Positions 40,805-51,006 of a stretch of 64,000 bases of DNA are shown here, one piece after another; position 1 is the stretch's first letter; each line of letters starts with the position of its first letter. Source of the stretch: Dehalococcoidia bacterium (GTDB lineage Bacteria > Chloroflexota > Dehalococcoidia > GIF9 > AB-539-J10); contig JBKHJG010000006.1 in the NCBI GenBank assembly GCA_046538235.1, positions 54,630 through 118,629 of the forward strand. Reading direction: 5' to 3'. The notes beneath the pieces were generated by a model, which saw only the letters and a program-made list of their open reading frames with translations, ran no database searches and had not been told where the DNA came from. A program made the translations under genes and the position numbers.

Positions 40805-43204
40805 ATGACCACGAGATCACAGCAGTTTGTAAGATGGTTTGAGGACCTGAGCAGCAACGACGTGGCTGCCGTCGGCGGGAAAAATGCTTCACTCGGCGAG
40901 ATGATACGCAATTTGAAGGAGAAGGGCATTGAGGTGCCGGACGGGTTTGCTACTACGGCAAGTGCCTACCGGGCGTTCCTAGAGGCAGATGATGGATTGA
41001 GGGACAGCTTGAAGTCGCTGCTGAGCGATTTGGAGGGTGGCCGCAAGCCACTGAGCCAGGTAGGGGAGCGTATAAGGGAGCTTTTCATGGACGCCCAGTT
41101 CCCGCAGGGGGTGGCCGAGGCAATTAGAAACAGCTATGGTGAGCTATGTCGACGCTATGGTGCTGCCGACATGGCTGTGGCGGTGAGGAGCAGCGCTACT
41201 GCAGAGGATCTGCCGGAGGCGAGTTTTGCCGGCCAGCAGGAGAGCTTTCTTAACATCAGGGGGGAAAAGCAGTTGCTGGCCGCCTGCAAGCGGTGCTATG
41301 CCTCCTTGTTCACCGACCGCGCCATCAGCTACCGTGCAGAAAAGGGTTTTGACCACATGCAAGTTGCCCTTTCGGTGGGTGTACAGAAGATGGCACGCTC
41401 CGACATGGCCAGCGCCGGCGTGATGTTTTCCCTGGACCCTGAGACCGGGTTTCGGTCGGTGGTGGTCATAAATGCCTCCTGGGGCCTGGGGGAGAGCGTG
41501 GTGCAGGGTCTTGTCAATCCGGACGAGTTCATTGTCTTCAAACCGCTACTCGACAGGAAGGGGCTGGTCCCCATCATCGGCAAGGCTATGGGCGAAAAGA
41601 GGAAGAAAATGGTCTATGCCCGGGGCGGCCCCAGGACTACGCGGAGCGTGGCTACATCGCGGAAGGAACGCTTCTCCTACGCGCTTGCCGACGACGAGGT
41701 GCTGACATTGGCCCGCTGGGCCTGTGATATTGAGCAGCACTACGGTAAGCCCATGGACATAGAATGGGCAAAAGATGGAGAGACGGACGAGTTGTTGATC
41801 GTACAGGCGCGTCCGGAGACGGTAGAGTCTCAGAAGAAGGAAGCGGCTTCCCTCAGGACCTTCCGTATGAAGGAGGAGGGGAAACGGCTGCTAAGCGGTC
41901 TCAGTATCGGGCAGGCCATCGCCGCCGGCAAAGCACAGGTAATCAAGAGTGCCAGCGAGATCGGCAAGTTCCGGGAAGGTTCGATCTTGGTCACGGAGAT
42001 GACCGATCCGGACTGGGTGCCGATCATGAGACGCGCGTCAGGAATAGTGACCGATCTGGGCGGCAGGACGTCACATGCCGCCATCGTCAGCCGCGAACTG
42101 GGCATTGCGGCGGTGGTGGGCACGGGTGAGGCCACAGAGAAGATTAACGACGGACAGGCAATCACCATCTCCTGTGCTGAAGGTGATGAAGGGTATGTCT
42201 ATGACGGCATCCTGCAGTTCGATGTATCCGACGTAAGCCTGGAGAAGATACCCCGGACACGGACAAGTGTCCTCATGAACATATCGAGTCCGGCGGCTGC
42301 CTTTCGCTGGTGGCGGCTGCCCGTGAGCGGAATCGGGCTTGCCCGCATGGAGTTTATCGTTAACAACATCATCCAGATTCATCCCATGGCCCTGGTGCAC
42401 TTCGATAAGGTGCAGACCAAGACCGATCGCCGGCGGATAGAGAAGCTGACCGGCAGGTATGGTGACAAGACCGAGTATTTCGTCGACAGCCTGGCACAGG
42501 GAATCGCCAGGATTGCCGCTTCGCGCTATCCGGACCCCGTGATTGTGCGGATGAGCGACTTCAAGACCAATGAGTACGCCAATCTCATCGGCGGGAAGCA
42601 GTTTGAATCTGATGAGGAAAACCCCATGCTCGGCTTGCGCGGTGCATCGCGCTATTACAGCGACCGCTATCGAGAAGGTTTCGCTCTCGAATGCCGGGCC
42701 GTGGAACGGGTGCGCAACGTCATGGGACTGGAGAACGTGATAGTGATGATTCCCTTTTGCCGCACTCCGGAGGAGGCTGAAAAGGTGATGCAGGTGCTGG
42801 CCGAGAATGGTCTGAAGAGGGGAGACAATGGGCTTGATGTATATGTGATGGCCGAGATACCGTGCAATGTCATCCTGGCCAGCGATTTCTGTGAGTACTT
42901 CGACGGGTTCTCCATCGGCTCGAATGACCTGACGCAACTCGTACTGGGGGTAGACCGGGACTCTACGGAACTGGCCTACCTCTTTGATGAGCAGCACAAG
43001 GCGGTCAAGGAGTCTATTGCCGGTCTGATAGCTTCGGCGCACAGGAAGAAGCGCAAGGTAGGGCTCTGCGGCCAGGCCCCCAGCGACGATCCGGAGTTCG
43101 CTGCCTTCCTGGTGAAGGCGGGCATTGACTCAATTTCGGTAAACCCCGACAGCGTGCTGCCTGTGATACAGGTGGTGGCTGAAGCAGAGGATAAAACGGA
43201 GTAG
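40805..43204 (+). CDS. ppsA: Phosphoenolpyruvate synthase (pyruvate, water dikinase)
   Basis: VRWFEDLSSNDVAAVGGKNASLGEM, VAVRSSATAEDLPEASFAGQQ, GGRTSHAAIVSRELGIAAVVG, FSIGSNDLTQ, CGQAPSD. Confidence 0.9.
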   Translation: MTTRSQQFVRWFEDLSSNDVAAVGGKNASLGEMIRNLKEKGIEVPDGFATTASAYRAFLEADDGLRDSLKSLLSDLEGGRKPLSQVGERIRELFMDAQFPQGVAEAIRNSYGELCRRYGAADMAVAVRSSATAEDLPEASFAGQQESFLNIRGEKQLLAACKRCYASLFTDRAISYRAEKGFDHMQVALSVGVQKMARSDMASAGVMFSLDPETGFRSVVVINASWGLGESVVQGLVNPDEFIVFKPLLDRKGLVPIIGKAMGEKRKKMVYARGGPRTTRSVATSRKERFSYALADDEVLTLARWACDIEQHYGKPMDIEWAKDGETDELLIVQARPETVESQKKEAASLRTFRMKEEGKRLLSGLSIGQAIAAGKAQVIKSASEIGKFREGSILVTEMTDPDWVPIMRRASGIVTDLGGRTSHAAIVSRELGIAAVVGTGEATEKINDGQAITISCAEGDEGYVYDGILQFDVSDVSLEKIPRTRTSVLMNISSPAAAFRWWRLPVSGIGLARMEFIVNNIIQIHPMALVHFDKVQTKTDRRRIEKLTGRYGDKTEYFVDSLAQGIARIAASRYPDPVIVRMSDFKTNEYANLIGGKQFESDEENPMLGLRGASRYYSDRYREGFALECRAVERVRNVMGLENVIVMIPFCRTPEEAEKVMQVLAENGLKRGDNGLDVYVMAEIPCNVILASDFCEYFDGFSIGSNDLTQLVLGVDRDSTELAYLFDEQHKAVKESIAGLIASAHRKKRKVGLCGQAPSDDPEFAAFLVKAGIDSISVNPDSVLPVIQVVAEAEDKTE

Positions 43205-43370
43205 TATGCCGGACAGGTTGCCGCCCGCCTCGGAAAAGGGGGTAGACAGGCGGCTTGGCTCCAGAGAGGCTGCAGCACCTGGTCTGCAGTGCAAAATGGT
43301 GGCTGTTGTCGTCCACCATCGATCACCAGAATAGCCCAATGTGGATGGATTGGGCCACGGGATTACGGAG

Positions 43371-44588
43371 ATGGAGCACGATTTCACGCTGCTGATACTG
43401 ATCTTAGGAAGCATCCTTGTGGCAACGATTCTCATACGGGGAGGTTTGAGGCGTGTCCAGACGCCTCCTCTGGTTGGGTTCATCGTCCTGGGTATTGTCA
43501 TGCGCATCGTTGATTCGGATGTCGGGTTCTTAACGGAAGACTTTCTCGGCATCTTCGATTTCCTGGCCAAGGTGGGCGTGATTTTCCTTCTGTTCAAGGT
43601 TGGCCTGGAAAGCAACCTATCGGGGCTGAGGCGACAGCTTAGGCAGGCCAATGTCATCTGGGTGGGCAATGTCGTTGTCAGCGGGGCGCTGGGCTACGTC
43701 GTGGCCTACTTTGCATTGGGGCTAACCCCGATCCAGAGCCTGTTCATAGCGGTTGCACTAACCGCCACCAGCGTGGCTATTCCCGTAGGAGTCTGGCATG
43801 AAGCCGGGGCCATAGAATCATCTACGGGCCAACTGCTAGTTGATGTGGCCGAGATGGACGACATTTCCGGCATAGTCCTCATGAGCATGCTGTTCTCCGT
43901 CGCTCCGGTCCTGAAAGGGGATGCCCAGGGCTCCCTCCTGCCGGTTATTGCTGCATCAGTGGGACTTTCCCTGGCCAAGTTCGTGGGTTATAGTGCAGCG
44001 TGCATAGCCTTCTCCCGATTTGCAGAGCAGCGCCTGACCCGTTTCTTCAAGGAGCTACTGCCGGTTCCAGGCCAGACTGTAGCTCTGGCGGGATTCAGCC
44101 TCATCATCGCAGCTTTGGCGGGACTGGTGGGCTTTTCTGTGGCAATCGGCGCTTTCTTTGCCGGGCTGGTCTTCAGCCGGGATCCTCAGGCAGTCAAGCT
44201 GGAGACACCGTTTACGGTGCTGTATGATTTTGCCGCCCCGTTCTTCTTCATCAGTATCGGTCTGCTCGTTGACCCGGGCACGCTTGGTGAAGTGGCACCC
44301 ATGGTGTTGGTGCTGTTGGGCATAGCTGTGGTCGGGAAGTTAGTAGGGACCAGCGGGCCGGCACTGCTCAAAGTCAGCTGGCCCACTGCCCTGCTGCTTG
44401 GCGTGAGTATGGTACCGCGGGCAGAAATCACCATGATAATAATGCACAAGGGGCTCAGTCTCGGAGAGTGGGCAGTACCTGGAGAGGTCTTCTCGAGCAT
44501 GGTATTGATGTCTCTGGCTACAGCGGTTATAGTTCCGGTTGTATTGCACATAATGCTGAAACGCCGGTATCCGAGAAAGGAGGGATAG
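43371..44588 (+). CDS. Cation:proton antiporter (CPA2/Kef-like membrane domain)
   Basis: A polytopic membrane protein with the LLF.VGLE pattern (FLLFKVGLESNL) typical of CPA families. The start is uncertain (43341 or 43371). Confidence 0.7.
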   Translation: MEHDFTLLILILGSILVATILIRGGLRRVQTPPLVGFIVLGIVMRIVDSDVGFLTEDFLGIFDFLAKVGVIFLLFKVGLESNLSGLRRQLRQANVIWVGNVVVSGALGYVVAYFALGLTPIQSLFIAVALTATSVAIPVGVWHEAGAIESSTGQLLVDVAEMDDISGIVLMSMLFSVAPVLKGDAQGSLLPVIAASVGLSLAKFVGYSAACIAFSRFAEQRLTRFFKELLPVPGQTVALAGFSLIIAALAGLVGFSVAIGAFFAGLVFSRDPQAVKLETPFTVLYDFAAPFFFISIGLLVDPGTLGEVAPMVLVLLGIAVVGKLVGTSGPALLKVSWPTALLLGVSMVPRAEITMIIMHKGLSLGEWAVPGEVFSSMVLMSLATAVIVPVVLHIMLKRRYPRKEG

Positions 44589-44632
44589 CAGAGACGGACA
44601 CAAGTAAGATCAATCTAAGAGAGGTCCGTGCC

Positions 44633-47600
44633 GTGGTGTTCGACATGGACGGCGTGCTAACGAACACCGCCACTGTGCACGCGGCGGCATGGAAGGAGAT
44701 GTTCGATGAATACCTCCGCAAACGCGCTGAGCGGGCGGGAGAGCACTTTCAGCCGTTTGATACCGAGCAGGACTACCTGCGCTATGTCGATGGTAAACCG
44801 CGCTATGATGGAGTCAGGGGTTTCCTGGAGTCCCGCGGGATTTCGCTCCCATACGGCGATGCCGGGGACAAGGCGGACCGGGAGACGATATGCGGGCTTG
44901 GGAATCGAAAGAACCGGTATTTCCTCAGACTTCTCAAGAAGCAGGGCGTGGAGCCCTACCAGTCATCAGTTGCGCTGGTAAGAGAACTGGGAGCAGACGG
45001 CGTCCGCACAGCCGTCATATCGGCAAGCCGCAATGCCGAGCAAGTGCTGGAGGCAGCCGGTATAGCGAGACTGTTCGATGCCAAGGTGGATGGGGTCGAT
45101 TCTGATGAACTCCAGTTGCAGGGGAAGCCCGATCCGTCGATCTTCCTGGAGGCCGCCAGGCGGCTGGGGGTCGAACCTGAAGGGACGGTCGTCGTGGAGG
45201 ATTCGTTAGCCGGCGTGGAAGCCGGGCGAAGGGGGCAATTCAAGCTGGTCATAGGGGTGGACCGGGTGGGACAGCGCCAAGAGCTTAGGAAGCGAGGCGC
45301 GGATATTGTGGTGGGGGACCTGTCTGAGCTCAGGATCACCGGGACGGGGCTTCGCAGAGGGGAGGGGGCGGCGACAATTGACAGTCTGCCGTCTGCTTTG
45401 GCAGCGAAGGATGAGATCTTTCGCCAGCTACATAAGAAAACACCGGTGATATTTCTGGATTACGATGGCACATTGACGCCGATTGTGGACGACCCTGCAG
45501 AGGCTAAGCTTCCCAAAAGAACCGGGAGCGTTGTCAAACAGCTGGCGGAGCACTTCTCGGTGGCCGTGATCAGCGGCCGCGATCTCGGTGACGTACAGAA
45601 GATGGTTGGCATCGATGATATTACCTATGCCGGCAGCCACGGATTTGACATCGTCGGCCCCGGTGGGCAGTACCGCGACCGAGAGCGGGGCCAGCGCTTC
45701 CTGCCCTCGCTTGACCGTGCCGAGGCAGAGATGGCAAAAGTGATGCAAGACATACGGGGGGCCAGGATCGAACGCAAGCTGTTTGCCATCGCCGTACACT
45801 ACCGGCAGGTTGACAGGGCTAGGCTGGAGGAACTGGAAAACAGGTTCGACAAAGTGCATTCCCGGTATCCGGACCTGAGGAAGACCACTGGAAAGGAGAT
45901 CTTTGAGCTAAGGCCCAACATGGATTGGGACAAGGGTGCTGCTTTACTGCATCTGCTTGAGGCGCTCTATGCCAACGGCAGCCGGGTCATGCCTGTGTAC
46001 ATTGGTGACGATGACACGGACGAGGACGCCTTCCAGGCCATAAATGACCAGGGTATTGGCATAGTGGTCGGCACGGGAGAACGTCGGACAGCCGCTCACT
46101 ATGCACTGCGGGATACCGATGAAGTAGCGCAGTTCCTGCAGGAACTGGTGGGGCTGGCAGAGACAGAGGTCTCCAGGGGCATCTGGACGCTGGTCTACGA
46201 AGGTTATGACCCGCAACAGGAGGGACTACGCGAGGCATTGTGCACGCTGGGCAACGGTCACTTTGCCACGCGGGGCGCCGCCCCTGAATCAGCCGCCGAC
46301 GGGATTCACTATCCGGGAACATACGTCGCCGGCTGCTACAACCGCCTTAGAACCGATATCGCCGGGAGGACCATCGAGAACGAATGCATGGTCAATATAC
46401 CCAACTGGCTACCGCTTAGCCTTAGCATTGGGGAGGGAGACTGGCTGGATGTCGACGAGATGGATATCCTGGAATATCGCCAGGAACTCGACCTGCGCCG
46501 GGGAGTGTTAAGCCGACTGGTCCGCTTTGCCGATGGACAGGGACGGCAGAGCAGGTTGTCGCAGCGAAGGTTCGTAAGTATGGCAAGCCCGCATCTGGCG
46601 GGGCTGGAGGCCACCATATCCCCTGAGAATTGGTCGGGCACCTTACGGATTCGTTCGGCTCTTGATGGAAGGGTCACCAATAGTGGCGTACGGCGCTACC
46701 GCAAGTTGAACAACCGGCATCTTCGTCCCATTGAAAGCTGGTCCGTCGACAATGAGACGATCTATCTTCAGGTGGAGACAAACCAAGCACGTATAAACGT
46801 GTCGGAGGCGGCACGTACCCGGCTGTATCATGAAGGTGAGCGAATTGTCGTAGAGCCGCGCCTGATAGAGGAGCCCGGCTATATCGCTCAGGAGTTCGTA
46901 TTGACGCTGGAGCAGGGCCAGGCGGTGACGATCGAGAAGATAATAGCCCTCTACACCTCAAGAGATCGTGCCATCTCCGAGAGCGGCCTCGAGGCGCGTA
47001 AGGAGGTAGAGCGTGCTTCCAGCTTTGATGACCTGCTGAAGCATCACCTGCTCGGCTGGGACCATCTCTGGGACCGTTGCCACATCAGCATCAAGGACAG
47101 CGAACGCGTGGCGCTGATACTTAACCTGCATATCTTTCATCTGCTGCAGACAGTATCGCCACATAGCATTGAGCATGATGCCGGCGTTCCTGCGCGGGGT
47201 CTGCATGGGGAGGCGTACCGGGGGCATATTTTCTGGGACGAGCTGTTTGTCTTCCCCTTCCTTAACTTCAGCATACCGGACATCACACGTGCTCTGCTGC
47301 TGTACCGCTACCGCCGCCTAAGTGAGGCACGCTGGGCAGCCGGAGAGGCGGGATTTGAAGGAGCCATGTATCCGTGGCAGAGTGGCAGTGATGGGCGGGA
47401 GGAGACCCAGACACTGCACCTGAACCCGCGCTCTGGACGCTGGTTGCCGGACAAGTCGCACCTGCAGCGCCATATCAATATCGCCATCGCTTACAATGTG
47501 TGGCATTACTACCAGGTCACCCGCGATGTCAGTTTTCTCTCCTTCTACGGCGCCGAGATGCTTATAGAGATTGCCCGTTTCTGGGCGAGCATTGCCCGCT

Positions 47601-48571
47601 ATAATCGCTCCCTGGACCGCTACGAGATACGCCGCGTCATGGGGCCGGACGAGTTCCATGATGCCTATCCAGGTGCCGACCATGCGGGCATCGATAACAA
47701 TGCCTATACCAACGTCATGGTGGCCTGGTTGCTGTGTCGAGCCATCGAAGCAGTGCAGTTGCTGCCGGTTGGCCGTCGCCAGGCCCTGCGGGACAGGCTG
47801 TCTCTGAAGCAGGAGGAGATGGAGAAGTGGGAGAAGATCAGCCGCAAGATGCGCATTCTATTCCACGGCGACGGCATCATCAGCCAGTTCGAGGGCTATG
47901 ACAAGCTGGAGGAGTTCGACTGGGAAGGCTATCGAGAGAAGTACGGCGATATTCAGCGATTGGACCGCATTCTGGAGGCAGAAGGAGATACCCCTAACCG
48001 CTACAAAGCCTCCAAGCAGGCTGATGTGTTGATGCTCTTCTACCTCCTATCGGCCGACGAGCTGCGGGAGATATTCCACCGTCTCGAGTACCCGTTCGAG
48101 TATGAGACCATCCGCAAGAATATTGACTATTATCTGGACCGCACTTCTCATGGTTCCACGCTGAGCCGCGTAGTGCATGCCTGGGTGCTGGCCCGATCGA
48201 AACGCGAGTTATCCTGGCATCTGTTCCAGGAGGCGCTGGAGAGCGATGTCTCCGACATACAGGGCGGCACGACAAGCGAGGGAATTCACCTCGGCGCCAT
48301 GGCGGGCACCGTAGACCTCATCCAGCGTTGCTATACAGGCATAGAGACCCTCCATGATAGGCTGCAGCTCAACCCGTGCCTGCCTGCTGACCTCAAGGAA
48401 CTGCGATTTGACATCCTCTATCGCCAGCACTGGATCAGCCTTGCCGTCACCGCCAGTCGTTTGACGATCAGCGCAGGGCAGGGCACTGCGCCACCTATCC
48501 AGGTCGGCGTCCGAGAGGACATCTTTAAGCTGAAGCCGGGCGACAAGCTGCAGCTTGATATGCAGTGCTAG
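44633..48571 (+). CDS. Three-domain fusion: HAD/beta-phosphoglucomutase-like + trehalose-phosphatase-like + GH65 glycoside hydrolase/phosphorylase (OtsB1-like architecture)
   Basis: VVFDMDGVLTNT...GKPDP...VVEDSLAGVEAG (HAD). VIFLDYDGTLTPIVDDP...ISGR...YIGDDDTDEDAF (TPP). LREALCTLGNGHFATRGA...YPWQSGSDGREE...GIHLGAMAG (GH65). There is no ATG after the upstream stop. GTG 44633 (GAGAGG 8 nt upstream) is my choice; ATG 44468 would overlap the antiporter gene by 121 nt. Confidence 0.8.
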   Translation: MVFDMDGVLTNTATVHAAAWKEMFDEYLRKRAERAGEHFQPFDTEQDYLRYVDGKPRYDGVRGFLESRGISLPYGDAGDKADRETICGLGNRKNRYFLRLLKKQGVEPYQSSVALVRELGADGVRTAVISASRNAEQVLEAAGIARLFDAKVDGVDSDELQLQGKPDPSIFLEAARRLGVEPEGTVVVEDSLAGVEAGRRGQFKLVIGVDRVGQRQELRKRGADIVVGDLSELRITGTGLRRGEGAATIDSLPSALAAKDEIFRQLHKKTPVIFLDYDGTLTPIVDDPAEAKLPKRTGSVVKQLAEHFSVAVISGRDLGDVQKMVGIDDITYAGSHGFDIVGPGGQYRDRERGQRFLPSLDRAEAEMAKVMQDIRGARIERKLFAIAVHYRQVDRARLEELENRFDKVHSRYPDLRKTTGKEIFELRPNMDWDKGAALLHLLEALYANGSRVMPVYIGDDDTDEDAFQAINDQGIGIVVGTGERRTAAHYALRDTDEVAQFLQELVGLAETEVSRGIWTLVYEGYDPQQEGLREALCTLGNGHFATRGAAPESAADGIHYPGTYVAGCYNRLRTDIAGRTIENECMVNIPNWLPLSLSIGEGDWLDVDEMDILEYRQELDLRRGVLSRLVRFADGQGRQSRLSQRRFVSMASPHLAGLEATISPENWSGTLRIRSALDGRVTNSGVRRYRKLNNRHLRPIESWSVDNETIYLQVETNQARINVSEAARTRLYHEGERIVVEPRLIEEPGYIAQEFVLTLEQGQAVTIEKIIALYTSRDRAISESGLEARKEVERASSFDDLLKHHLLGWDHLWDRCHISIKDSERVALILNLHIFHLLQTVSPHSIEHDAGVPARGLHGEAYRGHIFWDELFVFPFLNFSIPDITRALLLYRYRRLSEARWAAGEAGFEGAMYPWQSGSDGREETQTLHLNPRSGRWLPDKSHLQRHINIAIAYNVWHYYQVTRDVSFLSFYGAEMLIEIARFWASIARYNRSLDRYEIRRVMGPDEFHDAYPGADHAGIDNNAYTNVMVAWLLCRAIEAVQLLPVGRRQALRDRLSLKQEEMEKWEKISRKMRILFHGDGIISQFEGYDKLEEFDWEGYREKYGDIQRLDRILEAEGDTPNRYKASKQADVLMLFYLLSADELREIFHRLEYPFEYETIRKNIDYYLDRTSHGSTLSRVVHAWVLARSKRELSWHLFQEALESDVSDIQGGTTSEGIHLGAMAGTVDLIQRCYTGIETLHDRLQLNPCLPADLKELRFDILYRQHWISLAVTASRLTISAGQGTAPPIQVGVREDIFKLKPGDKLQLDMQC

Positions 48572-48685
48572 GGCAGTTGGCTACGACCTCATGCCTGAGA
48601 CCTGGGTGCCTGTGATGGGTCGGGTAGCATGGAAGATGGCCGAGCAATATTTGTAGGGCTTCGACGGGGGTAGGCAGCTATAAGC

Positions 48686-49306
48686 GTGGAGCAACGTCTG
48701 GCAGAATACAAGAGAAAGAGGAGCTTCGGGCGAACGCCGGAACCGTCGGGCGAGAAATGTGACAGGTCCGGCCAGCGGCCGCTATTTGTCGTCCAGAAGC
48801 ACGATGCATCAACCCTTCACTATGATCTTCGTCTTGAGATAGGAGGGGTACTGGTCTCCTGGGCTGTGCCGAAAGGACCGTCGACCGACCCCAGGGAGAG
48901 GCGCCTTGCAATGCGCACAGAAGACCATCCCCTCGAATATGCTGACTTTGAAGGAGTGATCCCGGAGGGTGAATATGGCGCAGGCGCGGTCATAGTTTGG
49001 GATACCGGCACATATCGCATAATGGAAGGTAAGGATGGCAGAGACCTGACGCCGCAGCAGGCTCTCAGAGATGGGCATATTACGGTATGGCTCGAAGGCA
49101 AGAAGTTGAAGGGAGGCTACGCGCTCACTCAGATGGGGAAGGGGAAAAGGTGGCTGCTGGTGAAGATGCGAGATGAGAAGGCAGATGCGAGGCGGAACCC
49201 AGTGACGAGGGAGCCGGGATCTGTGCTCAGCGGACGACACATCGAGGAGGTCGAGCAGGAAGGCCGAGAAGCCGCGGGCAAAGCAGGGAGGGAAGATGGC
49301 GCCTGA
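48686..49306 (+). CDS. LigD-type 3'-phosphoesterase (PE) domain protein, stand-alone
   Basis: LAEYKRKRSFGRTPEP...LFVVQKHDASTLHYDLRLEIGGVLVSWAVPKGPS...EDHPLEYADFEGVIPEGEYGAG. Confidence 0.8.
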   Translation: MEQRLAEYKRKRSFGRTPEPSGEKCDRSGQRPLFVVQKHDASTLHYDLRLEIGGVLVSWAVPKGPSTDPRERRLAMRTEDHPLEYADFEGVIPEGEYGAGAVIVWDTGTYRIMEGKDGRDLTPQQALRDGHITVWLEGKKLKGGYALTQMGKGKRWLLVKMRDEKADARRNPVTREPGSVLSGRHIEEVEQEGREAAGKAGREDGA

Positions 49307-50234
49307 GATTTCTATAGGAAGGTACACAATACAATTATCCAACACAGACAAGGTGCTCTTCCCAGGTGACGGCATTACCAAAGGTGATCTGATAGATTAC
49401 TACCACAAGATTGCCGGGACGATGCTGCCCTATCTGGAAGGGAGGCCCGTCACCATGCACCGCTTTCCCGATGGTATAGGGGAAGAAGGGTTCTATCAAC
49501 AGGAGATATCCGATTACTTCCCAGACTGGGTAGAGCGCATAGCGGTGAAAAAGCAGGACGGCAGCGTTACTCACGCAATCTGCCAGAATGCAGCCACACT
49601 GGTGTATCTCGCCAACCAGGCTTGCATCACACCCCACGTATGGTTGAGCAGAAAAGCTAAGCTGGACTGCCCTGACGTGATGATCTTCGACCTGGACCCC
49701 CCGGCGGAGGATTTTGCGCCGGTTCGAGACGCAGCGCGATCACTAAGAGGATTTCTGAAGGAGCTTGGCCTGGAGTCGTTCGTCAAGACCACAGGCTCAA
49801 GAGGACTTCACGTAGTGGTTCCGCTGGATAGAAATGCTGACTTTGATGAGGTACGGGACTTTGCTCATGGTGTGGCAGCGGCGCTTGCCGACCGCGAATC
49901 CGAGGCACTGACGGTTGAGCAACGCAAGGACAAGAGGAAGGGCAGGGTGTTCGTTGACTACCTGCGGAATAGCTACGGGCAGACTGCGGTAGCACCTTAT
50001 GCGGTGAGAGCAAGAGCCGGTGCGCCCATTGCCACGCCTATCGACTGGCATGAGCTTGGAGACAAGAATATCACGTCTCAGAGCTTCAATATTGAGAACA
50101 TATTCCGTCGACTCTCCCGCAAGGAAGACCCCTGGCAGCGAACATGGCACAGATCTCACTCTGTGAGCGAGGCAAGGCAGAAGCTTGATGATATGGCTAA
50201 GGCGGCTGGGAAGCCTGATGGCGAGAACATGTAG
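49296..50234 (+). CDS. LigD-type primase-polymerase (Pol) domain protein, stand-alone
   Basis: LSNTDKVLFPGDGITKGDLIDYY...RPVTMHRFPDGI...MIFDLDP...FVKTTGSRGLHVVVPL...VFVDYLRNSYGQTAVAPYAVR. It overlaps the PE gene by 11 nt. Confidence 0.8.
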   Translation: MAPEISIGRYTIQLSNTDKVLFPGDGITKGDLIDYYHKIAGTMLPYLEGRPVTMHRFPDGIGEEGFYQQEISDYFPDWVERIAVKKQDGSVTHAICQNAATLVYLANQACITPHVWLSRKAKLDCPDVMIFDLDPPAEDFAPVRDAARSLRGFLKELGLESFVKTTGSRGLHVVVPLDRNADFDEVRDFAHGVAAALADRESEALTVEQRKDKRKGRVFVDYLRNSYGQTAVAPYAVRARAGAPIATPIDWHELGDKNITSQSFNIENIFRRLSRKEDPWQRTWHRSHSVSEARQKLDDMAKAAGKPDGENM

Positions 50235-50249
50235 GAAAGAGCATGCGAC

Positions 50250-50969
50250 ATGCGTATCAAGATCTTAGGTACGCGGGGTGAAGTTGAGCCCTCGATCCCG
50301 TATCACTCAAGACATTCCGGGGTACTTGTTGACGGGACGCTACTGCTGGACGTGGGAGAAAGGGAATTCCTGGACTATGAGCCTAAAGGCATCTTCGTGA
50401 CACATCTTCACCCCGACCATGCCTTCTTTGTCACGGAACCCGCCGCCATTGATATCCCCATCTATGCTCCGGAGGAGCATCCGAACGCTTCCAATATCAA
50501 GACAATAGGAAGTGGTGTCCAGATAGGACCTTACCGGGTGGTGCCCATTCCCACGCATCACAGCAAGAAGATCAAGTCGGTCGGCTATCTAGTTGACAAC
50601 GGCAGGCAGAAGCTGCTTTATACCGGGGACATGATCTGGATCAATAAGGAGCATCATCGACTACTTGATGGTCTGGCGCTGGTAATCACCGAGGCCAGCT
50701 TCATCAGGAGAGGCGGCATGGTAAGAAAGGATAGGGAGACAGGGCAGATATTCGGCCATACGGGTGTCCCAAATCTGATAGACCTGTTCAAGCAGTTCAC
50801 CGGTCACATCCTATTCATCCATTTTGGGAACTGGTTCTACGGAGGAGCTAAGATAGCCCGAGACAAGCTCTACAAGCTGGGCAGGAGCGCTGGCGCGAGC
50901 GTACACGTTGGGTATGATGGCATGGAACTGGACGTGGACGAGCTAGGGCCAGATTCAGGGTGTTGCTAA
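50250..50969 (+). CDS. MBL-fold metallo-hydrolase
   Basis: GIFVTHLHPDHAFF (HxHxDH) plus a later H/D pattern. Confidence 0.7.
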   Translation: MRIKILGTRGEVEPSIPYHSRHSGVLVDGTLLLDVGEREFLDYEPKGIFVTHLHPDHAFFVTEPAAIDIPIYAPEEHPNASNIKTIGSGVQIGPYRVVPIPTHHSKKIKSVGYLVDNGRQKLLYTGDMIWINKEHHRLLDGLALVITEASFIRRGGMVRKDRETGQIFGHTGVPNLIDLFKQFTGHILFIHFGNWFYGGAKIARDKLYKLGRSAGASVHVGYDGMELDVDELGPDSGCC

Positions 50970-51006
50970 GCAGGAACAGTACTTGTGCTTGACGCGGAGT
51001 CACAAT

